A model generated the notes under the pieces. That model searched no databases, was not told the origin of the DNA, and worked only from the letters and a program-made list of their open reading frames with translations. This document shows, one piece after another, positions 1 to 16,129 of a stretch of 64,000 bases of DNA (positions are counted from its first letter, which is position 1; every line of letters begins with the position of its first letter). The DNA is taken from assembly GCF_009914755.1 (NCBI RefSeq), contig NC_060939.1, one strand, 5' to 3'. The translations under genes were made by a program, and so were the position numbers. This DNA comes from the human T2T-CHM13v2.0 reference genome, Homo sapiens.

Positions 1-373
1 ACTGTTTTCTTTGAAAGTGTTAACAATTTAAATAACTACTTTCACCGAATTCTTAATAATTCTACAGTGGTTGGGTCTTGTTTTCCAAAACATTTTAAAA
101 CAGGAGTGTGAATCCTGTTTTATATCTTTTACTTACTCAGTGAGTATGTTCATAGTGTCTTGAGCGTGGTTGATTTGTCTCGAACAAGGTTGTTGTTTAT
201 AATTATAATAATGACCCAACATTATTTTTATTACTTTCATATGATAATGAACTATTCCTGTATTTGTTATAATATTTTAGTTAATTTTGTGGAAACCTTT
301 CTTTTAAGTGAAGTGTTGATTTTATATATTTTGTTTTTAATAACTGTTATTCTAGAAGAAACATAAACTTTAG

Positions 374-682
<309 letters not shown>

Positions 683-1319
683 ATAAACTTTAGTTTTTAA
701 CTTAAAAATTTTAAAAGCCTAATTCCTGAAATTAAAGTATATAATTAATGAACATCAAAATGCCTAATGTTGGCGTTGCTGTTATACTGTTTCGTTCATT
801 AGCAAGTAAAATAACCTTTCTGGGCATCACTTTAATTATACAATGATATGATAGCTAGATCCTTTTTAACTCTGTGTTACACACTGTATATGTAATTAAT
901 GTTAAATTGTTTATGAAAGTGAAATTAAGTGCTATAAAGCATAGTGGAAGGAATATTATGCTTCTGATCCAGGAGTTATTGAGTTCAAATTCTTTGTAAC
1001 TATTGTGTTACTTTGGCTTATATATTTTGTTTTTAATAACTATTATTCTAGAAGAAACATAAAGATTTATTTCACAGTTTGAAATAACTGGTAACAACTG
1101 GTAACTTCATTACTTTATTCAGTCCACTGGGCTAGGTGCTGCGGAATACCAGTGAGCAAGGCTTGGCTTTCACGGTCAGGGGGGAGTATGGACATAGACG
1201 ATTTGTGCTTGATTTTGATGTGTAATAGATGTGTACGATGCAGAGTACACATCTGCAAGGGTAATTAACCTAGTTTCAGGAATGCCAGGAAAATAAGCTT
1301 TAATGTTGGACAGCTATAT

Positions 1320-2420
1320 AACCATAATGTAAATGCCAAAACCAGGAAAGTAATACTGGTATGATACTGTTTACCTTTTCACTATGAAAACCTTCTTTTG
1401 AATTTAATCAGTTTTTCTTCTAATGGTGTTTATCTGTTCTAAGTTCTAAGTTTCAATCCATAATCCCACATTGCATTTATTTGTTGTGTTTCTTTAGTCT
1501 CCTGAAATCTGTGATATTAACTCATTTTTTTTGTTGTCTTTATGATCTTGATGCTTTTTTGAAGAGTACTGGTCGTTACTTTGTAGAATGTCTTTCAATT
1601 TGGGTTTCTCTGATGCTTTCTTATGATTAATGTGGGATTATACATTTTTGGCAATATACCGAAGTAATGGTATCATATCAGGAGGTATGTTTATATCAGG
1701 GGCTACAGGATGTCACTGTCTTATTACTAATGACGTTAATCTTGTTCACTTAATTAAGGTAATATCTGCTGATCTCTCCTCTGTAAAGTCATAGTGTAGT
1801 TGATAAATATTTTGGGGGAGATACTTTGAGATTATGCTAATTTCTGTTTTTTCTTCCAACTTTCATCCATTCACTTCAGCATTCATTGCTGGAACTTATC
1901 TGTGATACCTACTACTGTAGTATTAACCTCATGGTGATTTTGTGATTTCCTTGTTCCTTTCTCATTTATTAAAATTCTTCAGTGAAGAAGTGTCCCTTCT
2001 CCCTCGTTTATTTATTCATTCATTTATATCAGTATGGACTTAGAGGTTTTTATTTTCTAGGTTGCAATCTGATGCTGTTGCTTATGTTACTGCTCAGATC
2101 GTTCTGCTTTGGCATTGAGAGCTCTGTCCGGTTGGTTCCTTGTCCTTTTTACATTCTCCCTTCAGCTTGAAAGCTCTTCTTCACTTTCTGGTACTGAAAA
2201 GTTTCTGAGAAACTTCAGGCTCATCTTGCATTTTACCAGCTCCAACCCTGTAATCATCTTCTTTCCCACAAAGCCCTGGCTCCTTGTTTTGGGGGATAGC
2301 ATTTAGAAACCGAGATCTGGGTACTAGGACTGCCGCTCATTGCTACTGGGGAGTCTTTTTCCTTCTCAGCAGACAGAGCTAAGAAATACGTGTGTATACG
2401 AACCCACACATTTACTCACA
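1320..2420 (-). mobile_element. Old L1 3' end (L1MC4/5-like); boundaries approximate
   Basis: Motifs CCCACATTGCATTTA, TTTGAAGAGTACTGGTC, TTTGTAGAATGTC, TTTAGAAACCGAGATCTGGG resemble the L1MC 3'UTR antisense. Confidence 0.6.
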
Positions 2421-2424
2421 TCCA

Positions 2425-2810
2425 CAGTCAATTCTGCTATAACGCAGCATATTTATTCCCCAAAATCACTATGTATGCATAATCATGCAATGAAAGCCAC
2501 AGGGTTCGTGTGATCAATGAAGTTAGAGAAATAGCATTCAAAAACTTTATCACTGACACAGTAAAAGAAAGGATTGGAACTTAAACCTGATTAAAACAGT
2601 GGCATGGTTTTAGACATGTTAAATCATTAAGGAATATATAAGTACATGATAAATGTGTTACTTTACCATGAAAAAGGCATGAAGTTTGCTTATGTGAGTG
2701 TCCTAAGGTGTGTGGCTTTTGAGTTACTGTGAAATGGTGGAAGGAGAGTTGTCAGATGAAACCTAACACCAGATGTGGATAGATGGGGCTCATAACACAT
2801 GACCTGTGGT
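2425..2810. mobile_element. Possible Tigger-type DNA transposon fragment
   Basis: Begins CAGTCAATTCTGCTATAACGC, resembling a TcMar-Tigger terminal repeat; no second end recognised. Confidence 0.35.
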
Positions 2811-3002
2811 AGCTCATTTTCATTTGAATCACTTCTTTCTTGGGTGCCTTGCAATTTAGTCTTCATTTCTGTACTAATGTTGTATTTTTTCCCATTTCTT
2901 GTCTGAATTTAGCCACCTTTTAAATTGCTCTTTGTATTTTGTCCATTTAGTTTTTAGATTTCTGATTCACGGTAGTTTTCATATCATCAAATGCTTGTTT
3001 GA

Positions 3003-3446
<444 letters not shown>

Positions 3447-6400
3447 TTGTTCATTTTTATAGTATTGAGTGTTTTATAGTATTCCTAGTTTATTGATTCC
3501 CTCTTTTGTCAGTATAGAGTAGTCCTGTTACTTCAGTGATTTTCATTTGTTTCAATGGTTGGAGAAGAGTTGTGGGACTTGCAATTTTATGAGTCTTTTA
3601 AGGTCTTGTAGGACCTTAACTATTCCCTTTTCTTTTTCCTTTTACCTTACAGTTACTGAAGAACAGTTTCCTCTCCCTTTTGCCCATTTTTGCCTGCTGC
3701 CAGAAGCTGTGTGTTTCGGTGCGCCTCTTTATGTGGCCCTTTAAATCAAGAGAATTTTGAAATTCCTTCCCTGTAGTCTGTGTTCTAATCTCTCCAGACA
3801 CTTCTCCACTATTTTCAGATTTTAGGGTGGGTTTAATATTTCTGATGATCTTTCCAGATGATCCTTAGGTCCCATTGCTAGCCTCTTGCCACAAAGCTTT
3901 GGGGTTTCGGATGGATGAGAGTTTGGGGGATCAGTCAAAGAGTTGGGGTGAATGACAGTTTGAGGGATCAATGGCTGGGATTTGGTGACTTCCCCCGCCC
4001 CCCTCACAGTTTTGCATTGTCAACATTCTTTGTCTTCAGGCTGTGCTGTGTGGTTTGGAATAGAATTTCCTTTTCCTTTCTTGTTTTTTCACATGGTTTA
4101 GGGATAGTATTTGAGTGCATAGATACACTTGCACCACTGTGGCAAGTCTTTACTTTGAGAGGGGTGAGGAAAACCCATTGACTTATCCTGCCCGTGCTAA
4201 TAAAGCTTTTAGTTATGAAAAGACATAGGCAGTCAACTTCCACTGGTAAGCTAGAGTCTCCGGAAGGTATTGTGGAGGAGGAGAAATAAACTACATTTAA
4301 ATGCCCTTACTTCATTCTGATAACTTGCAAATACTGGTTCTGGGTTATTGCAAGTCTTACTGCTTTTTCTGAAAAGCAAGGTTATTCAGAGGTTTGTGTC
4401 TATAATATAAATAGGAAATGGCTTGGTTTTATTATATGAAGGAGTTATAGGCCTGTATTTGACCAAGGGCTTCCTTTGGTACTTTTTATTCCAATGTCAA
4501 TCTAACATAAGATGTTTTCTGAAAAGGTAACTTCTAAACTTGTGAATTGGTTTGGTAGATGTTAGCTTTTTGAAAATTAAACTTCATTACCTCTTTATAT
4601 ATTTATTCTACTTTTGGTTTTCTTGGTTTTATTTTATGGTTTTGACAGTTGTTCCTTTCTTCCAATAAATGGTAGGTATGATGTTATTCCTTGACTCTAC
4701 ACTTGTTATTGTGTTTAGTAAGATGGCACTAAATCTGTTAGGTAGCTTAATTAGTTCTCTTTTATGCCTTTTATCTATTTTTTTAACATGAGAGATTTAA
4801 CATAAAGTTGGAATTGTGTAGAAGTTCTTTATGCTTGGTTTTCCTCTATAAATTAGTTGCTTAAAATATTTATTACTTGTGAACATTTCTTTCCTTAGAG
4901 ATAGTAAGTAGTCTGTCAGTATTTTCTGTTGGAGTAAGAAATAGACTTAACTTCATTAGTCATTATACATTTCTTTTTGTAAAAATATCAACCAGAATTA
5001 AAGGGCATATTGGCTTTTAACATCAGAATTCCATCATAATATAAATTAAAATCTTTTGCTATTAATGACACAGCTTTGGAGTTATCCACATGGCTTTCAA
5101 ATGTTTAGAGGCAGTCGGTCTCTATGCCCATGTGTCTGTCATTGGGACTTCATTTATGAGCTTTCTTTTTTTTTTTCATAGTTTCCACAAGTCTTAATGA
5201 CTTCTCAGACTCATTATACCTTCATTTCCTCATTTGAGTGATCATTTGCCAAAACTCTTTCTTTTTATTGACCTCCTGTGTTTTTCTTTCAACTGGTGAA
5301 TATGGATCATCCCCATACAATGGCCTAGGTTCTGCTTCCCCCAAACCCTTCCTCTTTTGGACTCTGTCCCTTATCTGTTTCTCACTGTTTTAGTGATTAT
5401 TTCTATATTGTTGATTCTGAAATGGAAACATATATAAGATATAGCTCTTTGCTTCTAGGAGGTAATGGTTTAGGCAGGGTAAAATCCCATTAATTACTAA
5501 GTGATGTGTAAATCTTACACATGATAATGGATTAGGGAGTTCAGGAGAGGAAGAGTTTGGAGGTGTTCAGGGAATGCTTCACGGAAGGATTGACATTTGA
5601 ACTGGATATCAAGTTTTATTGTCAGAGTTGTGGAAAAAATACACCACATAGAACAGTTTGAGCAAAAGAGCCAAAACAGAAAAAGAAGAGCTGCTTGTTG
5701 GACACAGTTTGGCTAGATTGGAGGGTTTTTCAGAAAAAGAGATGGTAAAGTGGGAAAGAGAGCTCGAGACCAGTTTTTAATGCCGCTGGAATGTTCAACA
5801 GTTTAAATTTTGTTCTTCAGGTAAAAGAAAAAAAAGAGCCATTGACAGTTTGTAATCGTGGAAGTGACCAAAGCCTTCTTTAATATGCCCATATAAGATA
5901 ATGAAGATAATGTATATGTCCTTTCTTATTATTAACATTAATAATGATTAATAAAGCTTGGTGCCTTAAAGAATAATGCTGAAGATACTTTTTTAGAAAG
6001 CATAGTGATAGGCTCATTCTTTGATTGTTTGAAGGGAATTGGTAGGAATACACAGCTTTCGAGTGGAAGATGGGGGTAAAGATTGTCCTTTCGTCATTCT
6101 TCCTTGTATCCCGCTTTCTTCTTGATTTCCTTTCCCAGGCCAGACTGTGCTGTCCTTGAAAACTGGATTCCTTCTCATTAGTAGTTTTTCTCTTTTAAAA
6201 TCCGATAGTATTTTTTCTGCCTTACTGTATTTTTCATATTTGACCTTATACTAAGGTAATAGATGTATACACACTGCATTGAAGGCTTTTCTGCTTGTCT
6301 TATTTCTTCTTGTATTCTCTTGATGTAGCATCTCAGTGAAAATGTGGTATGTAAATGAATCCTTTACATTGCTGTCTTACAAATGACTCAGGATTTTACG

Positions 6401-7587
6401 CTTTGCAAAGTCGCTATTCATCTAGCATTTGGACTGAGCTGAGCTTTCGACATATGGCTTTAAAGTCATCTCTGTAGCTCTGCTGGTCTAGATAAGTAGT
6501 TGTCAGCCTTTTTCTTCTGTGAGATACAGTAGGTAAAATTTTGACATGCATGATGCACTCCCTTGACTTTTATAGCAGAGAGGTCTAGTATTACAGTAAT
6601 TTATAATTGCCACAACTATCCTGGGATATGTTGTAGATAGAACAGTTACTAGGTAATGTGCAATTCTTAGGGCAGTAGCTATAAATCACCCCAGTTCTCT
6701 TCCACGGAAGAAGGGATATCATAGTGTAAGCAAAGGGGATGTTATGAGGATAGTCTGAAATAAACTCATTTTTCTTTTAAGATTCAAACTAATACTTTAG
6801 GAGTGTCACGTTACTTGTAAGAGAACTCCCAAGTTGTTATGTTCATCTGTCAAGTTAGCTTTAAGACCTTTTGGAATTTTTATTTTCCGTTAGTTCAGGT
6901 GCTTTTTGTTCGTTTTAAATAGATAGAACCCTATTTCGATATAGATTAGATTGGTAGTTGGTATTATACTGCTGGATTCTATTTCATTTCTCTGAGCTTT
7001 AGAGTTTGCATTCCTCAAATGTCCTCTGAGGCTTCTTCCAGTTCAGAACTTTAGGAAGTTGGTGAATATCATGAATAGAGCATCCAAACTTTTTCTACAT
7101 TCTGGTTAAAAGCCTTATTAATATGGAAACCTGTTTGATAGACTTCGACACTTTACTAGATTGTTTAACCAAAGTCATGCATATTTGGCCATTATGTGAA
7201 GTACAAAAGATTACATTTTAAAGTGTTCCTATTTTTAAAGTTTGTGTTTGTGTGTGCTTCTTGTTACAGGTGTTTGGGTGGTTGAGGACTGTAAAAGTGA
7301 TGGATTCCAGTCACCATATGCCTGAGAAGGAATACTGGGAATATTAGCTTGTACCATGATACTGAAGAGTAGGGCAAATAGAAACTTAGCATTTGGGAAG
7401 TCACATCCTCAATCTGAAGAATTAAAATTCTAATGAATTTGTAATTGATAATATGTATTAATAAATATTAGCCTTAATATTTATTACAGGCTAATATTAA
7501 GTTTAATGTGGAAACTTTCAGTATGGTTACTGATTATAGATTTGAGGTGGTAGTAGTGATAACTTATTTGGGAAAATACAATAGGTA

Positions 7588-7979
7588 CAGTCATGAGTCA
7601 CTTAATGACAGGGATATGTTCTGAGAAATGCATCATTAGCCAATTTTGTTACTTTGTGAACATCATAGAGTGCACAGTATTTACACAAACTTAGATGGCA
7701 CAGTCTACTACACACCTAGGCTATATTTGGTATAGCCTATTGCTCCTAGTCTACAAACCTTTACAGCATGTTACTCTGCTGAATAGTGTAGGCATTTGTA
7801 ACATAGTAGTGCGTATTCGTGTATCTAAACATATCTAAACGTGGAAAGGGTACAGTAAAAATATGGTATAAAAGATAAAAAATGGTAGACTTAATATAGC
7901 ACAGCTCCATTATAATCTTATGTGACCACCGTCATTTATGTGGTTCATTACTGACTGAAATGTTGCTATGCAATGACTG
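7588..7979. mobile_element. Tigger3-derived non-autonomous DNA transposon
   Basis: TA|CAGTCATG ... ATGACTG inverted ends; internal TAGGCTATA-TTTGG-TATAGCCTA palindrome typical of Tigger3. Confidence 0.8.
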
Positions 7980-8089
7980 GGGAATGTCAGCCAATATGTG
8001 GATCACTATGGAGAAGATGTTAGATACCCCAAGGCAGTGATACAGAAAATCTGAAGACACTCTTAGGTTTTTTATTGTAAGAACAGAAG

Positions 8090-8613
8090 CTAGAAATGAA
8101 CACATAGATTCATGTGAAAACTTGTGTACAAATGCTCATAGCAGCATTAGTCATAATAGGTAAAAAGTTGAAATCACCCAAATGACCATCAGTTGATGAA
8201 AGAATACATAATAGGTTGTATTTCCACACAAGGGAATATTATTCAGCAATAAAAAGGAATGAAGTGTAGATATGTGCTGCAACAGGGATGAATCTTGAAA
8301 ACATGTTAAGTGAAAGAAGCCAGCCACAAAAGACCACATATTGTGTAATTCCATTTGTATGAAATTTCTGGAATAGGCAAATGTATAGAGACAGAAAGTA
8401 GGTGTCCCACTGCCTGAGACTGAGCCATAGGGGGCTGGGGTAGGCATAGGGAATGGGGAGTGAGTCCTAATTAGTACTGGGGTTCTTTTAAAGGGTGATG
8501 AAAATGTTATGGAATTAGATAGTGGTGAGGGTTGCACATACCTGAGGGTATCAAAACATTCAAGTGTATGCTTTAAATGGGTGAATTGTATGTAAATTAT
8601 ATCTCAATAAAGC
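8090..8613 (+). mobile_element. L1MB-type 3' end, sense orientation
   Basis: AAAACTTGTGTACAAATGCTCATAGCAGCATTA ... TTATATCTCAATAAA; AATAAA at 8606-8611. Confidence 0.8.
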
Positions 8614-9399
8614 TACTTTCTTTTTTATTTTTTCAGAAAAGAACGGAAGCTGTTTGAACAGATGTTTTGGGCCTTTGGGTAGTTGAGTGGATGTAGATGG
8701 AGGTGGAAGGGCATGGGGGGGATAATGGGTATTTCTTGGCATTACTGTGTTATCACATTGTCACACAAATGCTACCTTCTCCATCCACTAGCTAAGAATG
8801 TAATAAGTTGTGTTTTAGTGGAGATTGTATAAAAACCTATCTTTTTAACCTACCTAGCACTTGGGCTGGAATTGTGCTTTATTCTAGTTGACAGGATTAA
8901 TCTTACCATTCTCTTATCTGTATTTTTTAATATTAAATTCAGATGCTTTCCTATTTTCAGGGTTAAGGTTATACAAAATTGTGTTCTGCCCATCTGTCTA
9001 TCCTACACCCTCCTTTGCTGTTTGTTCATCCCTATTCAAGTTTGTGTCATTTTTCTTTTTTACCTCCTGTAATTGGAACAATCTCGTTTCGTGAGTGTGT
9101 ATAATCACTTTCTTCCTTAAATGCTTGCTTGTGTGAAATTTTACTGACTTAAAGATATTGTTTCCTGTGAATTAGTATCTATTTATATGTTTTGAAATAA
9201 ATCTGTTCTTTTAAGACCTTATTAGTTTTTTTAAAAAATTATAGTATTCAGCTATTTAATGATTCTAAATATATTCCAAAACTTCTAATTTGGCTTTTAC
9301 CGTAATATTTGCCTTTCTGATGTCTTGGACGCAGTGACGACTTTTCAATAAGAATGTCATTAAGAAATTAGTCGTGTGTACCACAGTAAATACTTGGTA

Positions 9400-9530
9400 C
9401 TTAAGGAGTTTTTAGTGTATGCCAGTCACTGTGCTAAGCACATTACATGCTTACTTAATTCTCACAACTGAACTTACGAGGTATAGATATTATACCATTT
9501 ATAGATGAGGAAACAGACTCAAACAGTAAT
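9400..9530 (-). mobile_element. MIR
   Basis: CACTGTGCTAAGCAC...TTAATTCTCACAAC...ATAGATGAGGAAACAGA core. Confidence 0.7.
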
Positions 9531-10806
9531 GCTGATTGTTCTTGGTGTTAACTTTGTGAAATCACAAAAATCTTTTAAATTATAGCTTTCCAGTGTTGAG
9601 GAGTGGCTTTCATAATGTATGAATTGTGGATCTTTTTGTGTTCTTCGGTGGTATCTTAAAAATTTGTAGGTTTTTTTCCTAAATGGAATCATGCAATAGG
9701 TATTCTCTAGTGTCTGGCTTTTGTCCCTCAGCAAAATGTTTTCGTGATTCATCTGTGTTTGTATCTGTCAGTAGTTTGTTCCATTTTTCTGTTGACTAGT
9801 GTTCCTTTTATGTTTAAACTACAATTTTGCTGTTTGCCTTTCATGGACTTTTGGTAGTATTATGAATAAAGTTGCTATGAAGATTTGAGTACATGCCTTT
9901 GTATGGACATATGCTTTCATTTTTCTTGGGTGAATATTATACCAAAGAGTGGGATTTCTGGGTCACATGGTATATGTATCTTTTATTTCATAAGAAACTG
10001 TGCAACTGTTTTCCAAAGTAGTTGTATGATTTTACAGTCCCATCAGTAGTAAATGAGAGTTCCAGTTTCTCCATATCTTCACCAACACTTTGCATTGTGA
10101 GCCTTTTTAAGTTGAGACATTTTAGTGGATATTTACTTGTATATCCATATCGTTTTAATCTCCACTTCTTTGATGACTAATGATTCTAAATGCTTTTCAT
10201 TTACTGAGTGGCTCTTCAGACATCTTTTTAAGTTTAATGTTCACATCTTTTGCCCATTTTTAATAGGGTTATTTGCCTTCTTATTACTCAGCTGTAAGAC
10301 ATCTTTATATATTCTACATAGAAGTCTTTTTTTCATTTTCTCCATTATGTTGTGAATATTTTTATCCCTTAATGGTATCTTTCAAAGAGCAGAAGGTTTC
10401 AATTTTGATGAAGTGCTGTTTGTCAGTTTTCTCCCTTATGGATACCTGCTTTTTTGGTGTCCTGTCTGATAAATGTTTGCCTTACATGGGGCAGTGGGAT
10501 TTTTGTCTCAAACTATAAAACTTTGAGAAGTTTTATAGTTTAGCTTTTATTTATAAGTCTACAGTTCATTTTGAGTTAACTTCTGTGAATGTTATGAGGT
10601 AATGTCAAGGTTCAAGTATCATTTGTTGATAAGGTTTTTCTTTTCCCCTTGAATTACCTTGACATCTTTGTTGAAGATCAAATGACCGTATTTGTGTAGA
10701 TTTATTTCTGGATTCTCTGTTATGTTCCATTGATGTATGTATTTTGTTATTACAAGAGCACACTGTATTAAATAGTCTTAAAATCAGGTAGTGTAAATCC
10801 TTCAAC

Positions 10807-11157
10807 TTTTTTTTTTTTAAATTATACTTTAAGTTCTGGGGTACATGTGCAGAACGTGGTGGTTTGTTACATAGGTATACATATGCCATGGTGGTTTGCT
10901 GCACCCATCAACCCATCATCTGCATTAGGTATTTCTCATAATGCTATCCCTCCCCTTGTCCCCCACCCCATGACAGGCCCCGGTGTGTGATGTTCCCCTC
11001 CCTGTGTCCATGTGTTCTTACTGTTCAGCTCCCACTTATGAGTGAGAACATGTGGTGTTTGGTTTTCTGCTCTTGTGTTAGTTTGCTGAGAATGATGGTT
11101 TCCAGCTTCATCCATGTCCCTGCAAAGGACATGAACTCATCCTTTTTTTATGGCTGC
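10807..11157 (-). mobile_element. 5'-truncated primate L1PA 3' end nested in the older L1
   Basis: TTATACTTTAAGTTCTGGGGTACATGTGCAGAACGTG ... CCCACTTATGAGTGAGAACATG; host L1 phrase TCCTTCAAC|TTTGTTTCTT resumes afterwards. Confidence 0.9.
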
Positions 11158-11866
11158 CTTTGTTTCTTTTAAAAATTGTTCTGGCTGTATTATAAATTTT
11201 TAGTTTTTTTGTCAATCTTTACAAAAATGCTTTCTGAGATTTTGACTTAGATTGTGTTGAATCTATAGATCATTTTAGGGAGAATCAGTATCACAACAGT
11301 ATTAACTGAGTGTTCAGCTCCATGAACATGGTATATAATTATTTTTGTATGCCTTCCTTAATTTCTTTCAGCAGTATTTTCTAGTATTCAGAATGTTAGT
11401 CTTGCACATGTTGTTAAATCTGTCTTTAAATATTTTCTGCTTTTGAAACTAATATAACATATTTTTACAAAACTTAATTTTACATTTTCATTACAAATAT
11501 GTAGAAATACAGTTGATGTTTAATAGTGATCTTGTATCCTATACCCTTGCAAACTCCACTTCTTAGTTCCAGTTACTTTATTGTAGTTTTTTTTTGTTTT
11601 TTACTGTGTGTGATGTTTGTGAATAGAACCTGTTTTAATTCTTCCTTTCCAATCTGGATGCCTTTTCTTTTTCTTACATTATTCCACTGCTTAGGACGAC
11701 CTTCAGTAAAATAGCAATTAAAAATGGTGAGAGTGGACATTCTTGTTTTGTTCCAGTCTTAGAGGGGGCAATTAGTCTTTTACCATTAAGTATGATCTTA
11801 GCTGTAGGTTTTCTGTGGATGCTCTTTATAGGTTGAGGAAGTTGCCTTCTTTTTTAGTTTGCTGAG

Positions 11867-12495
<629 letters not shown>

Positions 12496-14694
12496 AGTTT
12501 GCTGAGTTTTTGTTTTTGTTTTTTTTTTTAAATTTTTTCCTGAATGGGTGTTTTGTTATTTCTCTATGTCTATTGGAATTAATCACATGGGTTTTTTTGG
12601 CATGTTAATGTAGTGAATTACATTGATTTTTGAATACTGAACCAACCTTGTATTCCTGAGACAAACCCCATCTGTACTGATATTTTCTTTACATATTTTG
12701 CTGGATTTGACCTGCTAATATTTTGTTAAGAATGTTTGCCTCTATACCCAAGTGACACTGGTATGAAGTTTCTTTTACTTGTGGTCCTCTTGCCTCATTT
12801 TGGTATCAGGGTTATTTATACTGGCCTCCTTAAATGTGTTAGAAAGTGTGTCCTCTCCTTCTGTTTCCTGAAGAGATTGTGTACAGCTGATATTAAATCT
12901 TTAGATGATTGAAGAATTCACTAGTGAAACCATCTTGGTTTGGAGTTTTCTTTGTGGAAAGCTTTTAAATTACGAATTTAGTTTATTCGATACAGAATTA
13001 TTTAGACTTTTCTTTCTGTGTCAGTTTTGATAGTCTGCATGTTCTAAGAAATTTTGTCTACTTAAGTTGTCAGTTTTATTGGCATAAAATCACCCTTAGT
13101 ATACTTTTAATGTTTGCAGCATTTGTGGTGATGTCCTTTCTTTTATTTCTGATGTTGGTAATTTGTGTCTTTTTTCTTGACCAGCCTAACTAGAAGTTCT
13201 TTTCAAATAACCAACTTTAATTGATTTTATCTAGTTTGTCCCACATCTCTGTTACCATTTTCTACTTTTGTTATTCCCTTACCTCTACTTTTAGTTTAAT
13301 ATGCTCCTTTTTTCTAGTGTCTTAGGGTGGAAGTTTGGAACGCTGTTAAACCATTATTTTTTCTTCTAAAATACGCACTTAAAAGCTGTAAATTTCCAAG
13401 TACGTATCTTTAGCTTTACCCTATATAATCTAATCATGTTTTTGCCATTTAGTTCAATGTATTTTTAAAATTTTAAATGATTTATTTGATCCATGAGTTA
13501 TTTAGAAATCTTAATTTCCAAATGTTTGGAAAATGTCCCAAAATAGAAATGTCCCCCCCCAAAAAAGTGTCCTTTTTGTAACTGATCTTTAATTCTTTTG
13601 TGGTCAGAAAACAGTTTCTATGTCATTTCAGTTCTTATAAATTCATGTGTCTTGTTTTATGGTCCAGCATATGTTCTTTGTTGTTGATTGTACCAAGACA
13701 CATGTACATTTTCATGTTTGTTCTTATGTGGTTGGTTGTAGTATTCAGTTAAACCAAGGTGGTTTATAGTGTTGTTCAGGTCTTATACATCTTCACTGAT
13801 TTTCCATCTACTCATTTTACCAGTTAGTGTGAAGGAAGTATTTAAATCTCCAGCTGTAATTGTAGATATCTATTTCTCCTTTTAGTTCTGTCAGTGTTTG
13901 CTTTATGTGTTTTGGAACTTTATCATTGGCTGCATAAATGTTTAGAATTATTTTGTAGTTTTGATAATTTGAGACTGTAAGCATTATGAAACGTATTCCT
14001 TCTCCTAAAATCTTCTTTGTCTGATATTAATATAGGCACTGCTGCTTTTAGGATTAATGTTTATATGATATATCCTTTTCTATTTTATGTTTCCTATCTG
14101 TGTTAAAGTGATATCTTATAGACAACATATATATAGTTGGGTCTTGTTTTTTTACTTAATCTGACAATCTCTACTTTTAATCTAGTATGACAGTCTCTAC
14201 TGTTTAATTGAGGTTTGTAGATAATATATATTTACTGTAATTATTGATATAGTTAGATTTAAGTGTACCATCTTGCCATCTTTGTTTTCTACTTGTCCTA
14301 TTTTGTGTTTTATTTTCCTCTTTTTATACCTTTTTTGGATTACATATTTTAAAAATATGCATTCCATTTAATCTACTTTCTTGGTTGATTAGTTTTATTT
14401 TATGTATTTGGTAGTTGCCGTAGGGTTTTACAACATGAATCTTGAACTTATCGCAATCCACCTTCATCACTTTAGAAATAATGTAAGATCCTTACTGTAG
14501 TGCACTTCCAGTTTCCTTCCCTTCATTCTTTTTGCTATTGTCATTGATTTTATTCTACATGTTATTACCATACATTATTACTACTTTTGCTTTAGATAAT
14601 CAAATATCTTCTTAAAACTTAAATGTCTTATAATTTGTCACGTTTACCATTTGTTACTCTTTCCTTGTGTAGAGCTAGGTTTCTATCTGCTCTT

Positions 14695-14910
14695 TTAAAA
14701 AATTTCATAGACTATATCTTAGAGCAGTTTTAGCTTTACAGAAAAATTGAACAGAAAGTACAGAGTTCATATATACTACCCCAATCCCACCCTTTGCAGG
14801 TTCCCTCTTGTATTGGTGTGGTACATTTGTTACAACTGAGGGCTGATACATTATTCTTAGCTGAGTCCATAGTTCACATTAGGGCTCACTCTGTGATGTA
14901 CAGTTCTACC
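14695..14910 (-). mobile_element. Short L1MC/MD-type 3' terminal fragment
   Basis: TTAGAGCAGTTTTAGCTTTACAGAAAAATTGAACAGAAAGTACAGAGTTC. Confidence 0.6.
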
Positions 14911-16129
14911 ATTTTTCTGCTTCTTAAAACTCTTCCTTCAGTGTTTCTTGGATTGCAGGCCTCCTGGTAACAGATTGTCTCAGCTTTTGTTTGTTTGAAA
15001 TGTCTTTATTTCCCCTTTATCGGTGAAGAATATTTCTGCTTTATATAGATTTTAGCTTACAGAGTTTTTTTTTGTCCTTTCTAGCACTTTACAGATGTAA
15101 TTCCTTTGTTGTAAACTTGTTGCATTACTCTTGACAAGGAGTCTGGTAATTATTATCTTTGTTCCTCTGTGTGTAATGTGTCTTTCCACTTCTTTGGCTT
15201 CTTGTAAGATTTTCTCTATATGACTGGATTTCTATTATGTGCCTTGGTGTGGTTTCTTTGTGCTTAATCTGCTTTATGTATGTTGAGTTTCTTGAATATG
15301 TGTGTTCAGTTTTCCTCAAATTTGGACCTTTTTCTGGCCCTATTTCGTCATGTATTTTTTGTTTCTCCTTCCTTCTGCAGTTCCAATTACATTATGTTTA
15401 GGTTGCCCTTGATCTTCTCACAGGTTCTTCATAATCTGTTTTTGTTTTGTTTTGCTCTTTTTGATGTTTTTACATCTTCAATTTTGTCATCTTCTTTTCT
15501 GCAGTTTGATCTACTGTTAATTCCATCCAGTTACTTTTTTGAGATACTGCACTTTTTATGTTTAGAAAATGCATTTTATTCTTTTAAAAATCATTTTCTT
15601 TTTTGTTCCTTTAAAAAAATCGTTTAATATATTTATAATATTTTGAAGTTTATGCCTTTAAAGACACCCTGTCTTGCTTCTGGGCTTCTTTCTTTTATCG
15701 GATTTCCCCCCTGGTGGTGTGGGTCACACATTTCTTCATTTTCTTACATTTAGTAAGTTTTGATTGACTCCTGGACATTCATCACACTGTTGTCTGGATT
15801 TTGTTGATTTCCTCTGAAGAGATTTTAATTTTGTTTTGGCAGACTGATAAATTTCTTGCAGACGTGTATGAACCTTTTGAGCTTGCTTTTACACTTTGTT
15901 CTGGCAGATCTAGTGTAGCCTTTACTGTAGGACTAGGTTAGCACGCGGCGGTGCTGCTGCTGCATTTTCTACTGATTGCCCAGGTTTCTCTGGGTGGAAC
16001 TTGAACATTCTGCAGTCTTATGTAATCTTTGGGAACTTTTTTTTTATTATACTGCTTCCTGATCATTGTTCTTTGCCTGGCCTTGTGAATTTCACTTTAT
16101 TCATGCACACATTCAATGAAAAACTATAG

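Noticed and set aside
1086-1105. 10-bp tandem duplication AACTGGTAAC x2
   Set aside because: Ordinary slippage event, too short to be informative.
7229-7238. MEF2 site CTATTTTTAA as evidence of autoregulation
   Set aside because: Such 10-mers are expected by chance in 64 kb of AT-rich DNA; nothing else supports it.
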